Of a DNA stretch of 64,000 nt, positions 27,665-37,328 are shown in pieces. Made by a program: the position numbers and the translations under genes. Location of the stretch: contig CAWAMW010000006.1 of assembly GCA_963783305.1 (NCBI GenBank), positions 128,001-192,000 of the forward strand. The letters are read 5' to 3'. The notes under the pieces are model-generated. The model was given only the letters and a program-made list of their open reading frames with translations. It did no database searches and was not told the origin of the DNA. The stretch is from an uncultured Gemmatimonadales bacterium. GTDB taxonomy: Bacteria > Gemmatimonadota > Gemmatimonadetes > Longimicrobiales > RSA9. Position 1 is the stretch's first letter. Each line of letters opens with the position of its first letter.

Positions 27665-28786
27665 ATGGCTGGATCTGGACTGGAAGGGATCGTCGTCGCT
27701 CAGACGAAGCTGAGCAAGATCGACGGCGAGGCGGGCACGCTCGTGTATGGTGGCTACACCATCGAGGACCTGGCGGAGCACGCCACCTTCGAGGAGGTTT
27801 GTCACCTGCTGTGGTTGGGAGAGCTGCCCACCCAGTCGGAGCTGGACGATCTGCGCCGGGAGATCGCCCGCGAGTACGAGCTCCCGGATTCCGTGCTGGA
27901 GCTCGTCCGATCCGCCCCGAAGGATGCCCACCCGATGGCCGTGCTCCGCACGGCCGTTTCCGCGTTGGGGCTGGCAGACCCGGAGGCGGAGGACATGTCG
28001 CGGGAGTCGAACCTGCGAAAGTCGATCCGGCTCGTGGCCCGGCTGCCCGTGATCACGGCGGCCACGGCGCGGGTGCGGGAAGGCAAGGACCCGGTGGCGC
28101 CGCGCAGCGATCTGGGGATCGGCGCCAACCTCCTGTACATGCTGAACGGTGAGGAGCCGACGGAGCACGAGGCGCGGACCATGGACGTGGCGCTCACCCT
28201 TCACGCCGAGCACGGTCTGAACGCCTCCACCTTTTCGGCCCGCGTGACGGTTGCCACGCTCGCGGACCTCTACTCGGCGGTGACCTCGGCCATTGGCACG
28301 CTCAAGGGGCCGCTCCACGGCGGTGCGAACGAGCGCGTGATGCAGATGCTCGAGGAGATCGGTGATACCGATAACGCCGACGCGTGGGTCCGCGGTGCGC
28401 TGGAGAGAAAGGGCAAGATCATGGGCTTTGGGCACCGTGTCTATCGTGCCATAGATCCGCGGGCTCCGATCCTCCGGCAACTGGGAGAAGAGCTCGGCAG
28501 CTCCAAGTGGTTCGACATCTCCGACCGCGTCCGCGAGGTCATGCGAGACGAGATGGACAAGCGCGACAAGCAGATTTACGCAAACGTCGACTTCTACAGC
28601 GCGTCCGTATACGACAAGCTGGGGGTGCCGACATCCCTTTTCACCAACATTTTCGCCTGCGCCCGGCTCTCCGGCTGGACGGCCCACATCCTGGAACAGC
28701 TCGACGACAACCGGCTGATCCGCCCCAAGGCGGAGTACACCGGCCCCGAGAGCCGTTCGATCCAACCCATCCAAGAACGCGGATAA
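27665..28786 (+). CDS. gltA: Citrate synthase (CitZ/PrpC type)
   Basis: GLEG, HAEHGLNAST, GPLHGGAN, MGFGHRVY and NVDFYS motifs. Confidence 0.93.
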   Translation: MAGSGLEGIVVAQTKLSKIDGEAGTLVYGGYTIEDLAEHATFEEVCHLLWLGELPTQSELDDLRREIAREYELPDSVLELVRSAPKDAHPMAVLRTAVSALGLADPEAEDMSRESNLRKSIRLVARLPVITAATARVREGKDPVAPRSDLGIGANLLYMLNGEEPTEHEARTMDVALTLHAEHGLNASTFSARVTVATLADLYSAVTSAIGTLKGPLHGGANERVMQMLEEIGDTDNADAWVRGALERKGKIMGFGHRVYRAIDPRAPILRQLGEELGSSKWFDISDRVREVMRDEMDKRDKQIYANVDFYSASVYDKLGVPTSLFTNIFACARLSGWTAHILEQLDDNRLIRPKAEYTGPESRSIQPIQERG

Positions 28787-28789
28787 GCC

Positions 28790-30031
28790 ATGTCGGAATA
28801 CAAGCACGCGACGGTTCCAGAGGACGGTACCCGGATCCAGATGGACGAGAACGGGGAGCTGCGGATCCCCAACGATCCCATCATCCCCTTCATCGAGGGC
28901 GATGGCATCGGCCCCGACATCTGGGCGGCCACGAAGAAGGTGGTGGAGGCGGCCATCGAGAAGGCCTACGGCGGGTCGAAGAGGATCGTCTGGATGGAGA
29001 TCCTGGCGGGTGAGAAGGCGTACGACGCGTCCGGCGAATGGCTGCCCGAGGAGACGTTCGAGGCGCTGCGGGAGTTCAAGGTGGGGATCAAGGGGCCTCT
29101 GACCACCCCGGTGGGCGGCGGTATCCGGTCGCTGAACGTGACGCTCCGGCAGGTGCTGGACCTGTACGCGTGCATCCGTCCCGTCCGCTGGATCCCGGGT
29201 GTGCCCTCGCCGGTGAAGCACCCGGAGAAGCTGGACGTGGTGATCTTCCGCGAGAATACGGAGGACGTCTACGCGGGCATCGAGTGGGCGGCCGGCTCGG
29301 AGGAGGCGGAGCGGGTGCGCGACTTCCTGGTCAACGAGATGGGCGCGAACATCCGCGAAAAGAGCGGCCTCGGCGTGAAGCCGATCAGCGCGTTCGGGAC
29401 CAAGCGGCTGGTGGCGATGGCTATCCGGTACGCGAAGGCGCGCGGCCGGAGCTCGGTGACGATCGTCCACAAGGGCAACATCATGAAGTTCACCGAGGGC
29501 GCGTTCCGGGAGTGGGGCTACGAGATCGCCGAGGAGAAGTTCGGGGATGTGACGGTCACGGAGCAGGCGACGTGGGACGGGGCCGATGCCACGGGCAAGA
29601 TCCTGATCAAGGACCGGATCGCCGACGCCATGTTCCAGCAGATCCTGCTGCGCCCGGACGAGTATGACGTGGTCGCCATGCCGAACCTGAACGGCGACTA
29701 CATGTCGGATGCCGCGGCCGCGCAGGTGGGCGGGCTCGGGATGGCGCCGGGCGCCAACCTGGGGGACGAGGTTGCGCTGTTCGAGGCGACCCACGGCACC
29801 GCACCCAAGTACGCGGGTCAGGACAAGGTGAATCCGGGCTCGCTCATCCTGTCGGCCCACATGATGCTGGAGCACCTCGGCTGGAACGAGGCCGCCGACC
29901 TAGTGGTGCGCGGTCTGGAGGGCGCGGTGGCGGACAAGACGGTGACGTACGACCTCGAGCGTCAGATGGAGGGCGCCACGCTGGTCAGCACGTCCGGGTT
30001 CGCCGACGCCATCATCAAGAACATGGACTGA
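28790..30031 (+). CDS. icd: NADP-dependent isocitrate dehydrogenase
   Basis: [37 protein letters not shown] and [10 protein letters not shown] motifs. Confidence 0.97.
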   Translation: MSEYKHATVPEDGTRIQMDENGELRIPNDPIIPFIEGDGIGPDIWAATKKVVEAAIEKAYGGSKRIVWMEILAGEKAYDASGEWLPEETFEALREFKVGIKGPLTTPVGGGIRSLNVTLRQVLDLYACIRPVRWIPGVPSPVKHPEKLDVVIFRENTEDVYAGIEWAAGSEEAERVRDFLVNEMGANIREKSGLGVKPISAFGTKRLVAMAIRYAKARGRSSVTIVHKGNIMKFTEGAFREWGYEIAEEKFGDVTVTEQATWDGADATGKILIKDRIADAMFQQILLRPDEYDVVAMPNLNGDYMSDAAAAQVGGLGMAPGANLGDEVALFEATHGTAPKYAGQDKVNPGSLILSAHMMLEHLGWNEAADLVVRGLEGAVADKTVTYDLERQMEGATLVSTSGFADAIIKNMD

Positions 30032-30037
30032 CGAGCA

Positions 30038-31573
30038 ATGGCCCTGAACATCTCGATCCGGACAGACGACGCGGCGTCCCTCCGCACACCGCTTCTCGTC
30101 CTCCAGCATTTCCAGGACGATGCCGAGCCGAAAGGCGCGGCGTCGGCCGTCGACGAGGCGCTGGACGGTCTCCTGGGCCGGCTCATGAGCCGGTCCGACT
30201 TCCGTGGCAGGCAGGGAGAAACCGTGGTGGTGTTCCCGGAGGACGCCGGGTTCCCGGCCGAGCGGATCCTCTTGGTGGGGATCGGCCCGCGGGCCGAGTA
30301 CTCCATGCAGGGGCTCCGCAAGGCGGTGGGCGCGGCGGTGCGGGAGGCCGAGCGGCTGCGGGTGAACGAGATGGCGGTGGCCCTCGGACACATCGAGCGG
30401 AAGAGCGAGCACATGGGCCCCCACTACGCTGCTCGCGGCGCGGTGGAGGGCGCCGTGCTGGCCGCCTGGGACTACCGCGACCTGAAGACAGAGCTGGGTC
30501 GGGGCCCGGACGAGGACCCGGTGGTGCGTCTGAAGAGTGTGACCATCCTCGCCGGGAGCGAGGATGAAGCGGAGGAGATGCGGTCCGGCGCCGATGTGGG
30601 CCGGATCGTGGCCGAGGGTGAGAACCTGGCGCGGGAGCTCGCGTCGAAGCCCGGCAACATCGCCACGCCGTCGCACCTGGCGGAGGTGGCGCGGGCGATC
30701 GCCGAGGAGGGCGGGATGGAGATCACCGTCTTCGACCGTGCGGCCATGGAGAAGGAAGGGTTTGGCGGCATCCTGGGGGTGGCCGCGGGGAGCGACGAGG
30801 AGCCGCGATTCATCATTCTGGAGTACCGGGGCGGTGCGGCGGACGAGCGCCCGGTGGCGCTGGTCGGGAAGGGTGTGACCTTCGACTCGGGGGGCATCTC
30901 CATCAAGCCGGCGCAGAAGATGGAGGAGATGAAGTACGACATGTCGGGCGCCGCCGCGGTGCTGGGCGCCATGCAGGCCGTGGCGCGGCTGCGTCCGCGG
31001 ATCAACGTGGTGGCGCTGGTACCCGCTACGGAGAACCTGCCGTCCTCTCGAGCGGTGAAGCCGGGTGACGTCCTGACGATGTACTCCGGCAAGACGGTGG
31101 AGATCATCAACACGGATGCGGAGGGCCGGTTGATCCTGGCGGATGCGCTGGCGTACGCCCAGCGTTTCGAGCCGGTGGCCATGGTCGATGCGGCCACGCT
31201 CACGGGCGCGGTGGTCATCGGCCTGGGGCACGAGGCCGTGGGGCTGATGGGCAACGACGGCCGTCTCATGGACGAGGTGCGTGCGGTGGGCGAGCGCACC
31301 GGCGAGCGGTGCTGGCCGCTCCCGCTGTGGGACGACTACCGCAAGCAGATCAAGAGCGACGTGGCCGACATCAAGAACTCCGGAGGCCGACCGGCGGGGA
31401 GCATCACCGCCGGCTGGTTCCTGAAGGAGTTCGTGGGGGACGTGCCGTGGGCCCACCTCGACATCGCCGGGACCGCCTACAGGGACGAGCCGGCGTCGTA
31501 TCTCAGGAAGGGTCCGACCGGCGTTCCCACTCGCCTGTTCATCGAATGGATCCGGGATCGCGCAAGCCGGTGA
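30038..31573 (+). CDS. pepA: Leucyl aminopeptidase (M17)
   Basis: GKGVTFDSGG, MKYDMSG, NTDAEGRL and HLDIAG motifs. Confidence 0.96.
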   Translation: MALNISIRTDDAASLRTPLLVLQHFQDDAEPKGAASAVDEALDGLLGRLMSRSDFRGRQGETVVVFPEDAGFPAERILLVGIGPRAEYSMQGLRKAVGAAVREAERLRVNEMAVALGHIERKSEHMGPHYAARGAVEGAVLAAWDYRDLKTELGRGPDEDPVVRLKSVTILAGSEDEAEEMRSGADVGRIVAEGENLARELASKPGNIATPSHLAEVARAIAEEGGMEITVFDRAAMEKEGFGGILGVAAGSDEEPRFIILEYRGGAADERPVALVGKGVTFDSGGISIKPAQKMEEMKYDMSGAAAVLGAMQAVARLRPRINVVALVPATENLPSSRAVKPGDVLTMYSGKTVEIINTDAEGRLILADALAYAQRFEPVAMVDAATLTGAVVIGLGHEAVGLMGNDGRLMDEVRAVGERTGERCWPLPLWDDYRKQIKSDVADIKNSGGRPAGSITAGWFLKEFVGDVPWAHLDIAGTAYRDEPASYLRKGPTGVPTRLFIEWIRDRASR

Positions 31574-33468
31574 TGACCCGCCGACCTCGCTGGCGCCCCC
31601 GACCCCGATCGCTGAGGTCGGGGGCGTTTTGCATTCTCGCGTGGACGGCACTCGGCGCGTTCCTCCCCACCGCGGCGGCCACGCAGGAGCCGGACACCGT
31701 CTCCGTCGAGGCTGTGCCCCCGCGGCCGCCCACGCTCCCGACCTTGCCCCGGGACACCGCGGCGGTGCTCACGGGCGACACCGTGGGCACGGACACGCTT
31801 CCGCCGCCGCCGCCGCCCACGCTCCCGGCCATGCCGCGTATCGGACCCTCCAGCCCCGCGCGGGGGGTGTGGGAATGGGACCGGGAGGCGCTCCGGCGGC
31901 TTCCCGCCCTGTCGCTCCTGCACCTGCTCGAGCGCCTGCCGGGCGTGGTGCCCGTCCGGGCCGACCTCGTAAACCAGGCGGAAGGCGCCAGCATCTTCGG
32001 CGCGACGACCGGTGCCGTCCGCTACGTAGTGGACGGCTTCGAGCTCGACCCGTTGTCCGGTCCGACGTTCGACCCTTCACGGCTCGCGCTCCTCGGGCTC
32101 GAGTACGTGCGGATCGAGCGGCGAGTGACGGGCGCTACGGTGTACGTGCAGACGCTGTCGCCGACAGAGCCCAGTCCCCGGACCATCATCGAGGCCGGCG
32201 CCGGTGACTACGACGTGCAGCTGTTCCGCGGGATGTTCCTGGCTCCGAGCGTCCTGGGCGGGCCCCTGGCCCTCGGCTTCGAGCGCCTCGCCGCCGATGG
32301 AGCCATTGGCGGTACATCGAACCACACGGCGGGGTGGGCCAAATGGAGCTGGGTCCGGGACTCGTCCGGGCTCCAACTCGAGTACCGCCAGAGCGACATC
32401 GAGCGCAGCGGGGTGGGGGAGGGGCTGGCCGGAGTCCGACGCGACTGGATCGTCCGGGGACGTGCGCAGCGCGGCCCCGTGACGGGAGAGATCTACGCGG
32501 GTGCGTCGCGGGTGGAGGATGAGCGCGGGGAGGTGGTCGTGCGGGAGGGCACGCCCCACGGGGGATTCCGCCTCCGCAGCACGCTGAGCGCGCCCGTCCC
32601 CATCGAGGCAAGGACCGCCCTGCGGTTCCGGGACCACCCGAGGCTTCCCTTTGGTGATTTCGAGCTCGCGGTGAGGGCGCTGCCGCTCCCGCGCCTGGAA
32701 GTGGAGGTGGAGGCGGCGAGACAGATATGGGACGAGGGCGCCGGTACCGGAAGCTGGACCGCGCGCGCCCAGGCCGGGCCGCTGGTGGGTGTTACGCTGT
32801 TCTCGGAGGTCTTCGGCGGCGCGCCGCTGCTGGACGGCGGCTTCACGCTGCGAGTTCCCATCCTCTCCGGCGAGCCGCTCCAGGTGCGTCGGGAGGGGGT
32901 CCGGGCCGGCGCGGAGCTGCGGTGGCGTGGAGGCTCCGTGCTTGCGGCCGGCCTCAGGACCACGGCGGACCCGGTTCCGGGCTTTGGTCTGGCCTTCGAA
33001 CCGTCGTTCCCGATCCTTGCGGGGGGTGAGGCGACGGGATACGAGGTCATCGCACGGCTTCCCACGGGTTGGGACCCGCTGAGCATCCAGGGGTGGTACG
33101 TGGGGCTGGACGCGCCGGAGCCGTGGCTGTACCAGCCCGCGCATCACTGGCGGGCGGGCCTGATCTACCACGATCTTCCGCTACCGAGTGGCAACCTGGA
33201 GATCTTCTGGCGGCTGGAGCATGTGTTCCGGGGTCGCATGACGGTCCCGGGCGTGCCGGCGGAGGGGACGGACCCGTCGGCGCTCTCGCTGGCCGAGGTC
33301 GGCGCCGTCAGGGAAACCAATCTGGAGCTGGCCATCCGCGTCATCAGCCTGCAGGCCTTCGTGCGGTGGGACAACATCATGAACCGCCGGGGCCAGCGGG
33401 ACCTCGTGCAGCTCGAGCGGCCGGGACAACGGATCCTGTACGGCGTGAAGTGGGAGTTCGTGAATTGA
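31573..33468 (+). CDS. Putative outer-membrane protein (plug-like domain plus beta-barrel)
   Basis: Signal peptide, Pro/Thr linker, plug-like LLERLPGV, alternating strands and C-terminal YGVKWEFVN. Confidence 0.7.
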   Translation: MTRRPRWRPRPRSLRSGAFCILAWTALGAFLPTAAATQEPDTVSVEAVPPRPPTLPTLPRDTAAVLTGDTVGTDTLPPPPPPTLPAMPRIGPSSPARGVWEWDREALRRLPALSLLHLLERLPGVVPVRADLVNQAEGASIFGATTGAVRYVVDGFELDPLSGPTFDPSRLALLGLEYVRIERRVTGATVYVQTLSPTEPSPRTIIEAGAGDYDVQLFRGMFLAPSVLGGPLALGFERLAADGAIGGTSNHTAGWAKWSWVRDSSGLQLEYRQSDIERSGVGEGLAGVRRDWIVRGRAQRGPVTGEIYAGASRVEDERGEVVVREGTPHGGFRLRSTLSAPVPIEARTALRFRDHPRLPFGDFELAVRALPLPRLEVEVEAARQIWDEGAGTGSWTARAQAGPLVGVTLFSEVFGGAPLLDGGFTLRVPILSGEPLQVRREGVRAGAELRWRGGSVLAAGLRTTADPVPGFGLAFEPSFPILAGGEATGYEVIARLPTGWDPLSIQGWYVGLDAPEPWLYQPAHHWRAGLIYHDLPLPSGNLEIFWRLEHVFRGRMTVPGVPAEGTDPSALSLAEVGAVRETNLELAIRVISLQAFVRWDNIMNRRGQRDLVQLERPGQRILYGVKWEFVN

Positions 33469-33526
33469 TGGCGCAGACGCGGGCGTGCCTTTCGCACCAC
33501 TCCCCGGGCTCCTAGCTTCTCCCTCC

Positions 33527-34411
33527 ATGATTCGAAGCATGACGGGATTCGGCGATGCGGAGGCGGAGACCACGGTGGGTGTTCTCCGTACGGAGATCCG
33601 CACCGTAAACCACCGGTTCTTCAGCCTGAATGTACGGAGCCCGGCCGCGCTCGACCGCTACGAGCCCCGCATCAAGGAATGGCTCAAGGACCAGCTGAGC
33701 CGGGGTCACATCAATATTACGTATCGTCTGGAGGGGCAGGACGCGGAAACGGGCCCGGCACTGGCGCTCGACACGCACCGGGCGCGGCAGTATGTCCGGG
33801 TCTTCCGGCAGCTGGGTGAGGAGCTCGGGGTGCCGGGGGAGGTCACGCTCGAGATGCTGACGCGTCAGGCGGACCTGGTCGTGCGAGAGCCGCTCGAGGC
33901 CCAGGAGGTGCCCGAGGAGACGGTGCGGGCGGTGACCGAGGAAGCGGCGCGGGCGGTGGTGGCAATGCGGGAACAGGAAGGGCGGAGCCTTCGCGCCGAC
34001 CTGGAGGAGCGGCTGGCGGCCATCGCGGAAGCGGTGGCGGCCATAGCGGAGCTGGCGCCCGACCGCCTGGACCGGGAGCGAGCCCGGCTGCGCCGATCGG
34101 TGGCGGAGCTCGCGGGCGATGCGGGCGTGGACGACGACCGGATCGCCCGGGAGATCGCCGTCCTCGCCGATCGGTGGGACATCAGTGAGGAAGTGGTGCG
34201 ACTGCGGAGCCACATCGAGCATTTCCGGGGGATGCTCGACGAGGATTCGGCCGAGCCGGTGGGGAAGCGCCTCAGCTTCCTCGTGCAGGAGATGCATCGT
34301 GAGGCCAACACGATCGGGTCGAAGGCGAACGACGCGACCATCGAGCACCGGGTGGTGTCGATCAAGAACGAGATCGAGCGGCTGCGCGAGCAGGTGGAGA
34401 ACGTCGAGTGA
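33527..34411 (+). CDS. yicC: YicC/YloC family endoribonuclease
   Basis: MIRSMTGFG, VNHR, DISEEVVRL, REANTIGSK and REQVENVE motifs. Confidence 0.95.
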   Translation: MIRSMTGFGDAEAETTVGVLRTEIRTVNHRFFSLNVRSPAALDRYEPRIKEWLKDQLSRGHINITYRLEGQDAETGPALALDTHRARQYVRVFRQLGEELGVPGEVTLEMLTRQADLVVREPLEAQEVPEETVRAVTEEAARAVVAMREQEGRSLRADLEERLAAIAEAVAAIAELAPDRLDRERARLRRSVAELAGDAGVDDDRIAREIAVLADRWDISEEVVRLRSHIEHFRGMLDEDSAEPVGKRLSFLVQEMHREANTIGSKANDATIEHRVVSIKNEIERLREQVENVE

Positions 34412-35058
34412 GCTTCTCCCGACCCGCTTTCCCCGTGGTACTCGCCGCCCCGAGCGGCGCCGGAAAGACCACGCTCGCCCGCATGCTGGTCGATCGGAAC
34501 GAGAACATGGTCTTCTCCATCTCCGCCACCACGCGCGCGGCTCGGCCGCGGGAGCAGGATGGCAGGGACTACCACTTCGTCGACGACGACACCTTCGCGC
34601 GCATGATCGAGCGCAACGAGCTGGCGGAGTGGGCGGTGGTGCACGGTCGCCGCTACGGCACGCCCCGGCGAGAGATCACGTCCGCCATCGAGCGCGGCCG
34701 GACCGTTGTCCTCGACATCGACGTGCAGGGGGCGAGGCAGGTGCACAGGATGTTCCCCGATGCGCTCCTGATCTTCGTCCTGCCCCCTTCCGCCGATGAG
34801 CTCTATCGGCGGCTTTCCGATCGCGCCAGCGAGGACCCGAAGGAGCGGGGCCGGCGGCTCAGAAATGCGTGCCGTGAGCTCGAGGCGATACCGGAGTTCG
34901 ACTACGTGATCGTGAACGACGACCTGGACCGGGCCTACCAGCGGATGGAGGGCATCGTGGCCGCGGAGTGGTCGCGGGTGAGCCGGATCCGGGACCTGCA
35001 GGAGTACGCCCGGTCGCTGCGCACGGACCTCGACTCCCTGATCACCGAGGGCGGCTGA
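34408..35058 (+). CDS. gmk: Guanylate kinase
   Basis: APSGAGKTT, SATTR, YGT and LDIDVQG motifs. Confidence 0.96.
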   Translation: MSFSRPAFPVVLAAPSGAGKTTLARMLVDRNENMVFSISATTRAARPREQDGRDYHFVDDDTFARMIERNELAEWAVVHGRRYGTPRREITSAIERGRTVVLDIDVQGARQVHRMFPDALLIFVLPPSADELYRRLSDRASEDPKERGRRLRNACRELEAIPEFDYVIVNDDLDRAYQRMEGIVAAEWSRVSRIRDLQEYARSLRTDLDSLITEGG

Positions 35059-35095
35059 CTCCACCGGAGTGTGGAGAGCGGCGGGTGGTCACGGA

Positions 35096-35125
35096 TTGAC
35101 CCCGACCCCCCGCTCCCTTTACCTT
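35096..35125 (+). promoter_or_regulatory. Putative rpoZ-coaBC promoter
   Basis: TTGACC-N18-TACCTT. Confidence 0.5.
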
Positions 35126-35163
35126 TCCCGGTCTCGGCACGAACTACCCAAGCGAAGGAAGCC

Positions 35164-35379
35164 ATGCGAGTCGTTACCCCCGCACAAACCTCGGAGCACA
35201 CGGGCAGCAAGTACCTCGGCGTCCTCGTGGCCGCCAAGTATGCGCGCGAGCTCAATGCGCTCCCGCGGGAGACCATGCCCACCGGCATCGGCAAGAAACT
35301 GACGACTCGGGCGGTGGAGACTCTGGCGGCCGGCGGGATCGAGTTCCGCCTGATCGCGCGCCGCAAGGTCGGCGGCTGA
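35164..35379 (+). CDS. rpoZ: RNA polymerase omega subunit
   Basis: SKYLGVLVAAKYAREL; classic gmk-rpoZ-coaBC synteny. Confidence 0.88.
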   Translation: MRVVTPAQTSEHTGSKYLGVLVAAKYARELNALPRETMPTGIGKKLTTRAVETLAAGGIEFRLIARRKVGG

Positions 35380-35392
35380 CCGGAGCGGGGGA

Positions 35393-36634
35393 ATGGGCAG
35401 CCCGAAGCCGGGCGGAGCGGCGGTGCGCCGGCCCTGGGCCGGCTCGCGGGTGCTCCTCGGCGTCACGGGCGGGATCGCCGCGTACAAGGTCGTCCAGGTC
35501 GCCCGTGACCTGACGCAGCTGGGGGCTGAGGTCGACGTCGTCATGACGCGCTCGGCTCGTTCGTTCGTGGGCGCCGTCTCATTCGAGGGTGTCAGCGGAC
35601 GTCCCGTCCTGTCCGAGATCCTGGAGCCCGGCCGCGCCCTCGACCACATCCGGCTGGCCCGCGAAGCCAATGTGGTCTGTGTGGCGCCGGCCACGGCCGA
35701 CTTCATCGCACGCGCAGCCCACGGTCGCTCCGACGACCTGCTGGACGCTATCCTGCTGGCCACGCGCGTGCCGGTGCTGGTGTGTCCCGCCATGAACGAC
35801 GCCATGTGGTCGCACCCGGCTACGGTAGCGAACACAAAGCGGATCCAGGAGCTCGGATACCGGCTCGTGGGCCCCGCCGAGGGGGCCCTGGCCGCAGGGG
35901 AGGGAAGCGGTCCCGGCCGGATGGAGGAGCCGTCGGCGATCGTCCAGCACATCGGCCGCGCCCTCACAGGCTTTACGCGTTTCACCGGCCGCCGGGTGGT
36001 GGTCACGGCTGGCCCCACGCGTGAAGCGGTGGACCCGGTGCGGTTCCTGTCGAACCGGTCGAGCGGCCGCATGGGATTCGCGCTGGCTGCCGCGGCATGG
36101 CGGCGGGGCGCGGACGTGGCGCTGGTGGCCGGCCCCACGCAGGTGGCACCCCCGCCAGGGCCGCGAGTGCACTCCGTTGAGTCCGCGGAATCCATGAAGG
36201 ATGCGGTGGAGCGGCTCGTGACGGACGCCGACCTGCTGGTGATGGCGGCGGCCATCGCGGATTTCCGGCCCACCTCACCACCGGAGTCGAAGATCAAGAA
36301 GGAGTCGGCCCCCGAGTCGCTGGCGCTGGAGCCGGCGCCGGACGTGCTGCGGGAGACTGCATCCTCTCGGCCGAGCGGGTGCCTGGTGATCGGCTTCGCC
36401 CTGGAGACGGATGACGGCGACGCGAACGCGCGGCGGAAGCTGAACTCCAAGGGAATGGACCTCGTGGTGCTGAACGAGACCGGGCCGGAGTCCGGGTTCG
36501 ACGCGGAGACCAACCGGGTGACGCTCATCGAGCGGGGTGGGGAGTCGGAAATCCTCCCGCTCCTGAGCAAGGACGAGGTTGCGGAGCGGATCCTCGATCG
36601 GATCGAGCGCCGGATGCCGCATCGGGACGAGTAG
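35393..36634 (+). CDS. coaBC: Phosphopantothenoylcysteine decarboxylase/ligase
   Basis: GGIAAYK, APATAD, PAMN, TAGPTRE, NRSSGRMG and GFALET motifs. Confidence 0.95.
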   Translation: MGSPKPGGAAVRRPWAGSRVLLGVTGGIAAYKVVQVARDLTQLGAEVDVVMTRSARSFVGAVSFEGVSGRPVLSEILEPGRALDHIRLAREANVVCVAPATADFIARAAHGRSDDLLDAILLATRVPVLVCPAMNDAMWSHPATVANTKRIQELGYRLVGPAEGALAAGEGSGPGRMEEPSAIVQHIGRALTGFTRFTGRRVVVTAGPTREAVDPVRFLSNRSSGRMGFALAAAAWRRGADVALVAGPTQVAPPPGPRVHSVESAESMKDAVERLVTDADLLVMAAAIADFRPTSPPESKIKKESAPESLALEPAPDVLRETASSRPSGCLVIGFALETDDGDANARRKLNSKGMDLVVLNETGPESGFDAETNRVTLIERGGESEILPLLSKDEVAERILDRIERRMPHRDE

Positions 36635-36635
36635 G

Positions 36636-37328
36636 GTGGGGCCACGGGAGGACCGGAGGGAGCAGGTGGCGGCGCTGCTGCGGGGGCTCCGCGAGCACGG
36701 CGTCGATCGGCTTTTTCTGGACCGACTCACAGCGGCGGATGCGCGGCGCCTGCTGAGCGGAGCGGGAGCCGGCGGTGGTGTGCTCGACGTGGTGCGGGCC
36801 GAGGCCACGGGGTGCGTGAAGTGTCGGCTGGCGCAGGGTCGAAAGCAGGTGGTGTTCGGTCGCGGGAGCGAAACGGCGCGGCTGGTGGTGGTCGGCGAAG
36901 CGCCGGGGAGTGAGGAGGACCGAACGGGGTTGCCGTTCGTGGGTCCCGCTGGCAAGCTACTGGATCTCCTCCTGCTCTCTGTCGGTTTCGACCGCGAGAG
37001 CGTGTACATCTGCAACGTCATCAAGTGCCGTCCGCCGAACAACCGTGACCCGCAGGCCGACGAAGTGGCGACCTGCTCGCCGTACCTGCACGCCCAGTTG
37101 GACGCGATCCAGCCGCGGGCGCTCCTGGCGGTCGGAAGGTTCGCCGCGCAGATGCTCACGGGGAGCGAGGCCGGGATCGGTCAGCTTCGGGGCCGGCCGC
37201 ACGAGTACCGCGGCATCCCGGTGGTGGCCACGTACCACCCGGCGTACCTGCTCCGCAGCCCCGATGCGACACGAAAGAGCTGGCAGGACCTGCAACTCAT
37301 GAGACAGGTGATGGATGAGCACGTCTGA
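36636..37328 (+). CDS. Uracil-DNA glycosylase family 4 (Fe-S)
   Basis: CVKC, GEAPG, PFVG, KCRPP and YHPAYLL motifs; start inferred. Confidence 0.93.
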   Translation: MGPREDRREQVAALLRGLREHGVDRLFLDRLTAADARRLLSGAGAGGGVLDVVRAEATGCVKCRLAQGRKQVVFGRGSETARLVVVGEAPGSEEDRTGLPFVGPAGKLLDLLLLSVGFDRESVYICNVIKCRPPNNRDPQADEVATCSPYLHAQLDAIQPRALLAVGRFAAQMLTGSEAGIGQLRGRPHEYRGIPVVATYHPAYLLRSPDATRKSWQDLQLMRQVMDEHV

